NCBI GenBank assembly: GCA_963732795.1
Contig: CAVTAV010000001.1
Coordinates: 230,927 to 294,926 of the forward strand
Reading direction: 5' to 3'
DNA: 64,000 nucleotides
From: an uncultured Alphaproteobacteria bacterium
GTDB lineage: Bacteria > Pseudomonadota > Alphaproteobacteria > CAVTAV01
Shown one piece after another: positions 30,365 through 40,646 of the stretch. A program made the position numbers and the translations under genes. How positions within the stretch are numbered: the stretch's first letter is position 1; every line of letters begins with the position of its first letter. The notes below the pieces were generated by a model. The model searched no databases. It saw only the letters and a list, made by a program, of their open reading frames with translations, and had not been told where the DNA came from.

Positions 30365-32012
30365 ATGGGCCAACCCCTACGCAGCATCACCATCGTCGGC
30401 GGCGGCACGGCAGGGTGGTTGACGGCGGCGTTTCTCAATCGGTTTTGTGCGTCGCAGGATCCGAAGCATCCGCTTGAGATCACGCTGATCGAATCGCCGG
30501 GCATTCCGATCGTCGGGGTCGGCGAGGCGAGCTTGCCGGGGATGGTGCGGCTGCTGCATCAGCTCGGCGTTTCGGAGACCGCGTTCTTCAAGGCTACGGA
30601 TGCGACCTTCAAGGTCGCGGCGCATTTCATCAATTGGAACCATGACGACAAGGGCCGGCCGACCGAGTTCCTGAATATCCTCAACGGTCCCGGCGCGATC
30701 GACGGTCGCCAACTCGCCGACTATTTCATCACCTTCGATCCCGCCTGCGCCGCGCCGGATGCGGGCCTCGCCTATGTGCGGACGTTCTCGCCGGTCGCCG
30801 ATATCGTGCAGCGCAATCTCGCGCCGCGCCGGCCGGGCGAGCCCGAGTTCAGCGGCGAGATCGGCTACACCTATCATTTCGACGCGACCAAGCTCGCCGC
30901 GCTCCTGAAGGATGTCGCGACGGGCCGCGGCGTGAAGCATGTGCTGGACGACGTGGATGCGGTCAATCTCGACGAGCGCGGCTTCGTCAAATCGCTCACC
31001 CTTCGTCGCACCGGCGAGCATGCCATCGACCTCGTCATCGATTGCACCGGCTTCCGCGGCACGATCCTGCAACAGGCCTTGGGCGAGCCCTTCGTGCCCT
31101 ATGGCGACCATCTGTTGAACGACCGCGCCGCCGTCGTGCAGTTCCCGCTTGAGGATGCCCGCGTCATCGCGCCGACCACGCGGGCGACCGGCTTCTCGGC
31201 GGGCTGGAATTTCAACATCCCGCTCACGACCCGCGTCGGCACGGGCTATGTGTTCTCCAGCAAGTTCATCTCCGACGACAAAGGCCATCGAGGAGCTCCT
31301 GGCCTTCTACGGCGATCAGGCGAAGGGCGCGGAGCCGCGCATCATCCCGATCCGCACCGGCCGGGTGCGCAATTCCTGGGTCAAGAACTGCGTCGCGCTG
31401 GGCCTGTCCGGCGGCTTCATCGAGCCTCTGGAAGCGACCGCGATCTTCATGACGGATCTCGGCGCGCGCTGGCTCCATCATTATCTGCCGACCCGGGATT
31501 TCGAGCCCGAGCTCGCCGCCGCCTATAACCGGCAAGTCGGCCGCGTGTTCGACGAGGTGCGCGACCTCGTGCAGCTCCACTATCATCTCAATAACCGGCA
31601 GGACACGGAATATTGGAAGGCGGCGCGCGAGGGCATGACGCTCTCCGACCGGCTCCGGGAAAACCTCAAGATCTGGAAGCAGACGACGCCCGAGGCCCTG
31701 GAGCTCGACAGCACCTTCCTGTTCGGCAGCGAGGTCTACACCCTGCTCCTGATCGCCAAGGGCTTCTACGAGGATGTGCGGCTGGCACGAGCGCCGTCCC
31801 TGGACCGCGCGGCCTACGCCCGCTACCGCGCGTCTACTCGCAATGCCTTGGCGGCCCAGGTTGAGGGCCTCATCGGCCATGCTGATTTTCTGAAGACGAT
31901 GGGCGAGGGCCGATCAGGCCGCACAGCGCCGGCGCCGACCTTCGAAGCTGCCAACACACGGATCAATATCGCCAATCAGCCGACCAAAAAGCGCAAGCGG
32001 AAGGGCCGGTGA
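30365..32012 (+). pseudogene. FAD-dependent tryptophan-halogenase-family protein, one frameshift (extra A in an A-run near 31285)
   Basis: GxGxxG FAD motif (IVGGGTAGW) and the Trp-halogenase signature GWNFNIPL (WxWxIP) in the 30365-31528 frame. A C-terminal 250 aa follows in the second frame (31149-32012). Confidence 0.72.
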
Positions 32013-32020
32013 CGGACCTG

Positions 32021-32044
32021 CCTTCTCCCCATGGCGGGAGAAGG
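32021..32044 (+). terminator. Stem-loop CCTTCTCCC-catggc-GGGAGAAGG 9 nt after the halogenase stop
   Basis: Perfect 9-bp inverted repeat. The same arms recur at 56358-56379. Confidence 0.45.
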
Positions 32045-32186
32045 ATACCGAGCCTTAGCCGACGTAGGATGAGGCGGGATAGGGCTTGAGCAAGATCCTC
32101 GGCGTCGGCCCCTCACCCAGCTTCGCCTAAGCTCACGTCGTTCGCTATGGCTGCGCAATCCTCTCCCGCGGAGGGGCGAGGGGATT

Positions 32187-32697
32187 TCACAGGGGCTTCT
32201 CGTCGATCAACCCGCGTAGCGTTTCGAGGGCGTCGCTTTCAGAGCGTCCCGCCGTATCGACAACGATGCGCTCCCGGTCCCATGGCTCGTAGTCGCGGTC
32301 GACGACGTCCTGCCATGTCGGGAGCTTGAGGCCGGCGATGTCGGTGAGGCGGGAACTCCACGCGGCGGCGATGTTCCTCGGCGTCGGAGCAGATCACCTC
32401 GATTTCGACCAGGGGGCAGGCGACGGCGGTGGCGACGTCGCGCCAGGCGTCGCGCGTCAGTTTGTGCGGGTTCACCGAATTGGCGACCACGGTCCGGCCG
32501 AGCCGCAGGTTCGAGTCCGCAAGGGCATAGGCGACCATATAGCCAGCGGGCCCCAAGTCCTCGCCGACCAGCCCGGACTCCCGCAGCGCCTGTTCGATCG
32601 TATCGATGCGAAGAAGGGTTGCGCGGCGCTCCTCCGCGATGGCGCGGGCGAGGGTCGTCTTGCCCGTGCCGGGCAGCCCGCCAAAGACAAATAGCAT
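32187..32697 (-). pseudogene. P-loop NTPase / predicted kinase (AAA_33-like), one frameshift
   Basis: MLFVFGGLPGTGKTTLARAIAEE... (Walker A) from the ATG at 32697. The C-terminal ~50 aa (...KLPTWQDVVDRDYEPWDRERIVVDTAG...) is in a second frame. Confidence 0.6.
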
Positions 32698-32916
32698 TTG
32701 TTTCCTTCCCGCTCGCAGCGATTGACCGATCGGGCCGCCCGTCTCTTCTCTTCTCGCTCGTCTCTCTCTCGATTCGCTTCGCAAACAGGCGAAGAAGCTC
32801 GCACGCGATTCGGCCGCGGGTGATGAAACTGCTGTGGCCCGCGTGAAAGCCCAGCTCGGTGAGTGGTCGCCGCCCTTGCCGAGCTGCGGGCGTCACGTCC
32901 GCCCAAAACCGTCCGA

Positions 32917-33306
32917 TCAGGAATTCGTCTTTGCCTCCTTCAGCCAGTCGAGCGCCGCCTCGCGATCGGCGAAAATCCGGAACGTGGTGCGAAGCTCAGC
33001 ATGGGCGGCGACTTCGGTATAGAGCTTCAGTAGTGTCCGCTGCACGTGTCCTTTTGCCACCAACGCCGTCTTCGGTGACTTGCGCAACTCTTCCGTTTCT
33101 TTTGAATATTCGGCGATCTTATAGAGACCGGCATAGTCCAGCAGACTCAGGTCGACGTCGCGGAATTCCCAGACGACGTTGTCGGTGGGTTGGGCGTTGA
33201 GTTGATCCGTGCAGGCGTCGATGAGTTCGTCGGCGGCGACGACGCCCTGCACCGCGAACAAGGTGAGGTTCGCAAAGGGATCGTAAGTGGCCTGGATCGT
33301 CGCCAT
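32917..33306 (-). CDS. Hypothetical protein (129 aa, possibly STAS-like)
   Basis: Intact ORF MATIQATYDPFANLTLFAVQGVVAADELID... with no confidently recognisable family. Confidence 0.4.
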   Translation of the reverse strand: MATIQATYDPFANLTLFAVQGVVAADELIDACTDQLNAQPTDNVVWEFRDVDLSLLDYAGLYKIAEYSKETEELRKSPKTALVAKGHVQRTLLKLYTEVAAHAELRTTFRIFADREAALDWLKEAKTNS

Positions 33307-33371
33307 TGAAGCGTGTGCCCTCCGCCCATCCGGGCGTATGATAGCACACGAGTTTGGCTAATCCAGTTTGA

Positions 33372-33884
33372 TTAGATCCAGCGGCGGACTCGGCGGCAAT
33401 ATTCCTCGTAGGACGGGCCGAAGATGGTGCGCAGCCGCCGTTCCTCGAAGGGAATCGTGATCGAATTGACGATCGCGACCGGGACCACGACCAGGATCAG
33501 CGGCCAGAGCATCGCCTGCCAAACGGCCGCGCCGACATAGATCAGGGTCAGCGACAGATACATCGGGTTCCGGGAGACGATGAACGGCCCTACATCGATC
33601 AGATGCACCGGCTCGCCATGCGGTTTGACGGTCGTGCGCCGGTGCAGGAACAGGGCGAAGCTGGCGAAGGCGAGGAGCAATCCGATGGCGACAAGGAAGC
33701 CGCCGACGATCGCAAGCGCGGACCGGTAGCTTTCGGGAATGATCCAGATCGGCAGCCATTGGTGAATCGCGAGTCCGATCACGTAAACCACGATATAGGT
33801 CAGAGGCGGCGGAAACCGCGAGAAGAACGGGGCGGGCTCCAACTCAGGGCCGGGCTCGGACGGGGTCTCGTCGGGGTTGCTCAT
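33372..33884 (-). CDS. Isoprenylcysteine carboxyl methyltransferase (ICMT/PEMT) family membrane protein
   Basis: 170-aa ORF with the TM segments and C-terminal ...GPFIVSRNPMYLSLTLIYVG...ITIPFEERRLRTIFGPSYEEY pattern. Confidence 0.65.
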   Translation of the reverse strand: MSNPDETPSEPGPELEPAPFFSRFPPPLTYIVVYVIGLAIHQWLPIWIIPESYRSALAIVGGFLVAIGLLLAFASFALFLHRRTTVKPHGEPVHLIDVGPFIVSRNPMYLSLTLIYVGAAVWQAMLWPLILVVVPVAIVNSITIPFEERRLRTIFGPSYEEYCRRVRRWI

Positions 33885-33905
33885 GGTTGCACCATCCTTG
33901 GGCCT

Positions 33906-34415
33906 CTAGAGCAGGGCGTAATAGCGGATGCGGTTACCGTCGGGCAACCGCTCGCCGATCCCGACAAAGACATAACGCGCCAGCCAGTCGTGCTTTCCCG
34001 TGGGAACCTCGAAGATCGGCGTCGTACGGAAGTAATATTCCGAGAAATCGACCAGCGGCCCGCCCTCGGCGATCGCCTTGTATCGCGTCATGGTGTCCGG
34101 GTTACGGCCCCAGATATAGCCGCGGTTGTGGAGCAGGATGACCGTACCGTCGTCCTCTTGCAGCATATATCGGGCGTCGAGGCTGAGGACCCCGTCGGGC
34201 CGGAAGAGCGCATTGTCGCCCCCCGAGTTCGGAACCGCTATGCCCTTGATGTTCGGCCCCTCGAAGGTGCCGGTGCCGAGATAGGTGCCGCCCCGGCCGG
34301 CGCCCGCGGGCGTGTTTTCGATCATAAGAGTCTTGGCGAATTGGAGCTTAACCTCGAAAGCGAACTCGAATTTGGGCTCCGAGATCGAAGATGTGCCGTC
34401 GAATACCGCCGTCAT
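33906..34415 (-). CDS. DUF3237-family protein
   Basis: 169-aa intact ORF with the beta-rich pattern ...FEFAFEVKLQF...GTYLGTGTFEGPNIKG... Confidence 0.5.
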   Translation of the reverse strand: MTAVFDGTSSISEPKFEFAFEVKLQFAKTLMIENTPAGAGRGGTYLGTGTFEGPNIKGIAVPNSGGDNALFRPDGVLSLDARYMLQEDDGTVILLHNRGYIWGRNPDTMTRYKAIAEGGPLVDFSEYYFRTTPIFEVPTGKHDWLARYVFVGIGERLPDGNRIRYYALL

Positions 34416-34566
34416 CGGGCTGTTCCCTCCCAGTTTGTTGAATCCCCGGGCCTATCGCCCGCCCCGCCGGACCCTAGCACAGGACCCCGGTTGTCAAAAT
34501 CCTTAACAATACCGAAACCATTAAATGCTCTTATAAGCCTCTTTGGGGACGAGCGTTTCCGAGTTT

Positions 34567-36670
34567 ATGACCCACGGACGAGTATTAATCGTTGACGAGC
34601 CGGGCGACGGCCGGAATCAGCTTGCGCGGGGTTTGACGCGCAAGGGGTTCGAGGTCGTTTGCGCCGACGACGCCGATGAAGGCCTGACGATCCTCTCCGG
34701 GCGCGAGATCGATCTCGCGCTGGTCAGCGTCGATGCCCAGGGGATGGGCGCGTTCGACCTGTTGAGCAAAGTGCGGGCCGTGCCGCTCCTCCACGATCTG
34801 CCCGTGCTCATCATTCTCGATCCGACCGACCGCCGCGCCATTCTGCAGTCCTTCAAGGAAGGCGCCCAGGACTTCGTCACGCGGCCGGTCGATATCGCGA
34901 TCGTGCTGGCGCGCGTCACCCAGCAGATCGAGCGCCGCCAGACCCTGCTCGACCTGCATCACAGCCAAGATCGCCTCGCGCTGGCCGCTGCCGGCTCGAA
35001 CGACGGCATCTGGGACTACGACCTGGTCGCCGGCACGCTCTACGTCTCGGACCGCTGGCTCGAAATCCTCGGGCTCTCCGGCCAGCCCAACGACCAGGAT
35101 CCGAAGATCTGGTTCGATCGTGTTCACGACGACGATACATCCGACCTGCAAACCCGCCTCCGCGCGCTGATGATCGGCGCCGAGCCCGAGCTCGTCGCGG
35201 ACTTCCGGATGCGCCATAATGACGGCGGTTTCCGCTGGCTCAGGGCGCGCGGCGTGGCCCGGCGCAATGACGACGGGGACGCCATCCGCGTCGCCGGATC
35301 GCTGGCCGACATTACCCGCGAGCGCATGACCGACGCGCTGACCCGCCTGCCGAACCGCTCGGCGACGGTCGAGCTGTTCGAACGCGTGCTGAACCGCGCC
35401 GCCCGGTCCAAGGCCACCCATCTGGTGGCGACCCTCACCATCGACCAGCTTCGCCAGGTCCAGGAAGGCCTTGGCCAGGCGAAAGCCCAGGAGCTGAGCC
35501 GCCTCACGGCCGACCGGCTGGTGCGCGCAGTGCGCCCGACCGATATCGTCGGCAGCTTCGGCGGCACCGAGTTCTATGTGATGCTGACCAACGTCACCAG
35601 CATCGCGGACGGCTTGCGCGGCATGCAGCGCATCACCGACGCCATTTCGGAGCCGGTGCGGCTCGGCGACATCGCGATCGTGCCGACGGTCTCGGCCGGC
35701 GTCGTGCTGACCGCCGCCCACACGCCGGGCGCCGAGCAGGTCCTGCAGCAATGCCACGCGGCGCTGAGCCAGGCCGGTACCGGCGCAGGCGACCACATCC
35801 GCATCTACAACGCCACGATGGAAGTCCAGGCGCGCGACAGCCTGGCCCGCGAGGCCGATATCCGGGAAGCGGTCCGCAACCACGCTTTCCTGTTCCATTA
35901 TCAGCCGATCGTGGATTCGGTGAACGGCGGCATCGTCGGCTTCGAGAGCCTGATCCGCTGGCAGAAGGCGGACGGAACCCTGGTTTCGCCGATGGTCTTC
36001 GTCGATTATCTCGAGCGTTCGGGGCTCATTCAGCCGGTGACGCTCGAGCTCCTGCGCGGCGCGCTCGATTTCTCGAAGCTGCTGCACGAGAAGCTGAAGG
36101 ACCGCAATCCTGTGGCCCTGTCGGTCAATATCAGCCCGGTCCAGCTCAGGAGCCCGACGCTTGTCTCGGATATCGGGGCCTGCCTGCAGGACGCCGAACG
36201 TGCCGCCCGAGCGGCTCAAGGTCGAGATCACCGAAAACGCGATGATCGCCGATTTCGATACGATCAAGGGTCGGCTCGATGCCTTGTCGAATCTGGGGCT
36301 GCGCCTGTCGATCGACGATTTCGGGACGGGGTATTCCTCGCTCGCCTATCTGGCGCAGCTTCCTTTCGACGAGTTGAAGATCGACCGCTCTTTCGTCTCG
36401 AACATCCACAGCGATCCGCATAAGAAGAAGCTGTTCGAGGTGATCATGACCTTGGCCGACCGCCTGGGCCTCTCGACGGTGGTCGAAGGCGTCGAATCCC
36501 GCGACGAGCTTAGGGAAGTGCTGCGCCTGAACGGCCGGTACGTCCAGGGTTACTACTATTCCAAGCCGCTATCGGCGGCCGATATCCTCGCCCAGCTGGA
36601 CAGCGATCCCGGCTGGCTGTCCCAGCCGGCCCTGCCTGCTGGCGACAATACCATCCGTCTCGCCCGTTAA
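34567..36670 (+). pseudogene. Response regulator with REC-PAS-GGDEF-EAL domains, one frameshift in the EAL domain
   Basis: REC (VLIVDEPGDGRNQLARGL...DLALVSVDAQGMGAFDLL), PAS, GGDEF region (...GGTEFYVML...), and EAL (FLFHYQPIV..., then ...EITENAMIADFD... and ...DDFGTGYSSLAYL... in a second frame from ~36200). Confidence 0.72.
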
Positions 36671-36772
36671 CGGCCGCCGGTTCCCCGTCGACCGCGCCCC
36701 GTGGTTGACTTGCGGCCGGCTAGGGGTTTTTCTGGCCGGCAACGACCTTGGAGCCGTAATGGCCGATAAGAC

Positions 36773-37138
36773 ATGAAAAGGGGGGCGGCGGGCCTGCGCA
36801 AGCGCTTCGCAAGGGCTTGCAGCGTGATCCGCTGGGCGGCGGCGCTGATTACCGTCGTGGTCGGGGCCTGTTCCGACTCTCGCACCGACCGGCTCGTTGC
36901 GCTTTGCGTTGAGGACGACCGGCGCACCCACGCCGAATGCGAGTGCCAGGCGAGGGTCATGCGCTCCACCTTGAGCGACGACGATCTCGACATGCTCCTG
37001 CGCATGGGCAGTGTAAAGACCGCCGAGGAGCGCATGGCGATCATGCGCGAGGCCGGCCGCAACGAGCAGCAATTCCTCGCCTGGGGCAAGGCGTTCCAGG
37101 CCGCGGTCGACAAGGCCAACAAGGAATGCACGCTGTAG
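36773..37138 (+). CDS. Hypothetical lipoprotein
   Basis: 121-aa ORF with a signal peptide and lipobox ...LITVVVGAC, then a Cys-rich mature region. Confidence 0.45.
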   Translation: MKRGAAGLRKRFARACSVIRWAAALITVVVGACSDSRTDRLVALCVEDDRRTHAECECQARVMRSTLSDDDLDMLLRMGSVKTAEERMAIMREAGRNEQQFLAWGKAFQAAVDKANKECTL

Positions 37139-37202
37139 GCTTCGGATCTCGACAACCGGGCCGTCCTGTCCCATATCTCTGAGGCAATCACACTTCAGGA
37201 GG

Positions 37203-37682
37203 GTGTCGGACATGGCAACGGCAACATTCGCAGCGGGATGTTTCTGGGGCGTCGAGGCGACGTTCGGTCAGATCGAGGGCGTGACCCGCACCGAGGTCGG
37301 GTATACCGGCGGCTCGACGGAAAACCCGAGCTATAAGGACGTATGTACCGACCGCACCGGCCATGCCGAGGCCGTGCAGGTCGAATACGATCCCGACAAA
37401 GTCTCCTACGACCGGCTCCTGGACGTGTTCTGGGCCAATCACGATCCCACCACCCTGAACCGCCAGGGCCCGGATGTCGGCTCGCAATATCGCTCGGCGA
37501 TCTTCTTCCATTCGCCAGACCAGGAGGCGGAGGCCAAGGCGTCGAAGGAAGCGCTCGACAAATCCGGCCGGTTTCGCCGCCCGATCGTCACCCAGATCGT
37601 GCCGGCCGTCACCTTCTATCCGGCCGAGGAATATCACCAGAAATACCTCGAGAAGCGCGGCCTCGCGACCTGCCATATCTGA
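37203..37682 (+). CDS. msrA: Peptide-methionine (S)-S-oxide reductase
   Basis: [12 protein letters not shown] active-site motif. Intact 159-aa ORF. Confidence 0.88.
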   Translation: MSDMATATFAAGCFWGVEATFGQIEGVTRTEVGYTGGSTENPSYKDVCTDRTGHAEAVQVEYDPDKVSYDRLLDVFWANHDPTTLNRQGPDVGSQYRSAIFFHSPDQEAEAKASKEALDKSGRFRRPIVTQIVPAVTFYPAEEYHQKYLEKRGLATCHI

Positions 37683-38268
37683 GCGGTGCACGGCATAAGC
37701 TGCCTTCAAATCGCAACAAATCCGTAACCCCCCACCACATCGCTCGGGCAGAAAGGGCGCCATTGGCGTGGTCTCGCGCCGACGGCGACTGTCTGGTCCG
37801 CGGTTGGGTGGCCCGAGGAGGAATCATTTCGGAAGTGTCGCACGCGCTCACCTTGGTGCTCGTCGGGCCTTACATGATCTGCGGACTCGCCGGCCGGCGG
37901 GTCTAAGCGGCCGATCGCCTGGATCTGGTTCGGAGGGTTGCAGAAACTCACCGGTTTGGAGCTTGGGATGGGCGGCACCGTGTTCGTTCGCCGCTCGCTC
38001 GTGGCCTGGTAGGGCAAGATGACGCTCCTGCCCCATCTCTGGCGCTTCCTGAGCCTCAAGGGCGCGGTGGTGCCGAGCCGCTCAAGCCTGCCGGCTTCAC
38101 CCTGCGCCGCGATCTCGCCAAAGCCTGCCGCGATCGCCTCGCCGAGCACCTCGCGCACCCGTCCCTCTGACGGTCGCTACCCCCTTGGGCCGCGCCCGAA
38201 GGGATGCTAGCCTTTCCGAAATCCGCGTCGCGGCGCGCAAGACAAGACAGGGGGAGCACCGCATCGCC

Positions 38269-38760
38269 ATGTTTTCCGGGCGAGGAAAGTTGTTGCGAAT
38301 CGGGCTGCTTTTCGCGGCTCTTGTAGCGCTTGGGATCTTCCAGTGGGTGACCGACCAAAAGAAGCAGGCAATGCCGCTGGCCGGCAAGATCCGCGTTCTG
38401 GTCGTGCCCCATTCGAGCGAGACCACGTCCTGCAAGGATTGGACGGTCGACGTCTATCTCGAAAACAACACGAACGAGCGGCTCGAATTATACGGCTATA
38501 CCGTCCATACCTCCGTCGGCGGCGACGAGGAGCAGACCGTCTCCATGGGCAAGATGACGACCAAGGCGGACACGCCGATCCGGCGGCTCGGCAAGGCGAA
38601 GAGCACTCGGATCTGGCACGCCGACGACGGGTGCCAACGCTGGGCCGACCGCGGTAACTGGCGCACCGAGCCGACCGACGTCCGCTACCGGGTCGTCGCC
38701 TACACCTCCAACGGGATCTATTCGGCCGTTGCCGGGACCAAGGTCTCGATTCAGCAGTAA
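38269..38760 (+). CDS. Hypothetical membrane-anchored protein
   Basis: ORF from MFSGRGKLLRIGLLFAALVALGIFQW (N-terminal TM) with no recognisable domain. Confidence 0.4.
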   Translation: MFSGRGKLLRIGLLFAALVALGIFQWVTDQKKQAMPLAGKIRVLVVPHSSETTSCKDWTVDVYLENNTNERLELYGYTVHTSVGGDEEQTVSMGKMTTKADTPIRRLGKAKSTRIWHADDGCQRWADRGNWRTEPTDVRYRVVAYTSNGIYSAVAGTKVSIQQ

Positions 38761-38880
38761 AGCCGCCGGCGCCCCTTACTCGTTAAGATTCTATTGAAAT
38801 TAAACGTGTCAGACTAAGCGGGTTACATAATTCCGTGACGTGTGCGCGGGGTACCGTCGCGCTTCGCCTGGGACAACCGG

Positions 38881-40338
38881 ATGGCCAAAAAGCGCACCAG
38901 ACAACGTGTGCTGGAGTTTATCGAAAGCCTGCCTCTGTGGTCGCAACCGAGCGAATCCAAGGAGCGGGAAGCTCTGAGGGACGAGCGGCAGCGGCTGTCG
39001 GACGTCAAGTCGCGCCTGCTCGACATCCTCAGCAACGAGGCGTTGATCAGCACCGGCCGGGTCCAGATCATCGGCCTCGAAACCCTCAAGGAGAAGCTCG
39101 GCGATAAGTGGGAAGGCCACCGGGACTTCGTCCATAGCTCGCTTCGGGCGATTCTCCGTCGGCGTCTCAGCCCCAGTGACGTCTTCTTCCAGCACGAGGG
39201 CGACGACTATGTCATCGTCTTCGCGAGCCTGGGTCTCGCGGCGGCGCGGCTGGTCTGCGCCGGGGTCATCCAGGAGCTCAACACCATGCTGCTCGGCTCC
39301 GAGGAATCCGGCTCCATCGTCGTGCGCACCGCGGTCGGCGTGGTAGACGGGCAGCTTCTGCTCGAGGAGAGCTCGCTCAACGAGGTGCTCGAAGGACTTC
39401 CGAATGTCGATGCCGAGGACATGGATATCGAATGGTCCGAGACGATGGAGGGCAGCGGCGTCCAGCCGCCTTCCACCGGATCGAAAGACGACAAAGCCGC
39501 GGCGATCAATTGGGAGCCCTTGGTCTATTCCGGCGGGCTCAGGCGCCAAGTGTATCAGCCCTGGACGCCGATCGACGAAGATGCCCTCGACGAAGGCGTG
39601 GTGCCGGAGGAATTCAGCCTGATCTATCGGCCGATGTGGAGCCCGGCCCAGGAGATCATCTCGACTTTCTCGACCAATTTTGTCGGCGTGGACGAGCATG
39701 GGCAGTTGCGCAATGCCTATTCCTTCGTACGGGGGCCGAAGCTGACCCGGTCGATGGACGTCCATGTCCTCAAGCGCGCGACGACCACGGCGACGTCGCT
39801 GTTCGAACTGCGCCAGCGTTTTGTCCTGGCGATCCCGCACCACTACGAGACGGTGACCAATTGGACCCGGCTCTATGAATATGTCGAATGGTGCAAGAAC
39901 GTCCCGAAAGACATGTGCAACTGCATCATTTTGAGTTGCGACGATTTTCCTTCGGGTGTTCCGGTCTCAAAGCTGCAGATGATCGGCCACGCGCTACGCC
40001 CCTATTGCCGAGGGCTGGCAGCTAATATTTCCTGGACGACCCGCGATCTCGCGCCTTATGCCGACTCCGGCTTCACGACCGTCGGCCTGTTCGTGCCGCC
40101 GGACACGCCTTTCGCTGCCGCCCAGGCGAGAATAGAGGAATTCGCCGCCGGCGGGCGGCGTCGTGGCCTTCAGACCGCGGTCCTGAACGTTCATAACCTG
40201 GCCATCGCCGAAGTCACCCGCGACGCGGGCGTCGACTTCGTCATGGGCCGGCTGATCGGCGACTATCAGGAAAAACCCAGCCACATGATCCGGCTGCCTT
40301 GGTCCGAGATTCAGCATCGCGCCCGCGAGGCGAGCTAA
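38881..40338 (+). CDS. Hypothetical protein with a degenerate GGDEF-like (EGDDY) region and an EAL-like C-terminal region
   Basis: ~486-aa intact ORF from MAKKRTRQRVLEF. Central ...VFFQHEGDDYVIVFASLGLAAARLVCAGVIQEL resembles an inactive GGDEF. The C-terminus ...TAVLNVHNLAIAEVTRDAGVDFVMGRLIG is EAL-like. This is a weak, motif-level call. Confidence 0.4.
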   Translation: MAKKRTRQRVLEFIESLPLWSQPSESKEREALRDERQRLSDVKSRLLDILSNEALISTGRVQIIGLETLKEKLGDKWEGHRDFVHSSLRAILRRRLSPSDVFFQHEGDDYVIVFASLGLAAARLVCAGVIQELNTMLLGSEESGSIVVRTAVGVVDGQLLLEESSLNEVLEGLPNVDAEDMDIEWSETMEGSGVQPPSTGSKDDKAAAINWEPLVYSGGLRRQVYQPWTPIDEDALDEGVVPEEFSLIYRPMWSPAQEIISTFSTNFVGVDEHGQLRNAYSFVRGPKLTRSMDVHVLKRATTTATSLFELRQRFVLAIPHHYETVTNWTRLYEYVEWCKNVPKDMCNCIILSCDDFPSGVPVSKLQMIGHALRPYCRGLAANISWTTRDLAPYADSGFTTVGLFVPPDTPFAAAQARIEEFAAGGRRRGLQTAVLNVHNLAIAEVTRDAGVDFVMGRLIGDYQEKPSHMIRLPWSEIQHRAREAS

Positions 40339-40470
40339 CCGAGCGTTTTCGCCGATTGCTGGGCGCATTGGGGCGTACCGCACTATGCGGACGCGCTACG
40401 CTTGCCCACTCGGGCTTGCTTGTGGATAAAGTTCCGGACTCTTCCTAGTTTCAGATAGATATATGGTTAA

Positions 40471-40496
40471 TCAATCAATTGATTGACCTGGGGTCA
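40471..40496. other. AT-rich palindrome cluster TCAATCAATTGATTGA plus TGACCTGGGGTCA between convergent genes
   Basis: Perfect 16-bp palindrome at 40471-40486 and 13-bp palindrome at 40484-40496. They sit inside a locally AT-rich stretch (40440-40500) in an otherwise ~65-70% GC region. Confidence 0.4.
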
Positions 40497-40646
40497 GTCA
40501 ACTATCGCTTTTTGTTCCCGGTTTGGATTCAACTGTCGGCCAGGCAGGGGATGGGGCGCATAAACGAAGCCCCCGCCCGACACCTCCCATGAGGGGAGGG
40601 CAGGGCGAGGGCTGTGTTCGTGCCGCTGCGATGCGGCAAGTTGCTT

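Noticed and set aside
30182-34415. Calling the tRNA-Val-adjacent block a genomic island or integrative element
   Set aside because: There is no integrase, and no direct repeat of the tRNA 3' end is detectable. There are no phage or conjugation genes. This is kept only as a low-confidence finding.
34585-36267. 560-aa minus-strand ORF
   Set aside because: It is antisense to the REC-PAS-GGDEF-EAL gene, which has clear domain signatures.
37139-37202. msrA as a member of the local SigF regulon
   Set aside because: msrA is SigF-dependent in Caulobacter by my recollection, but no GTAACC-N16-CGAA motif precedes it here.
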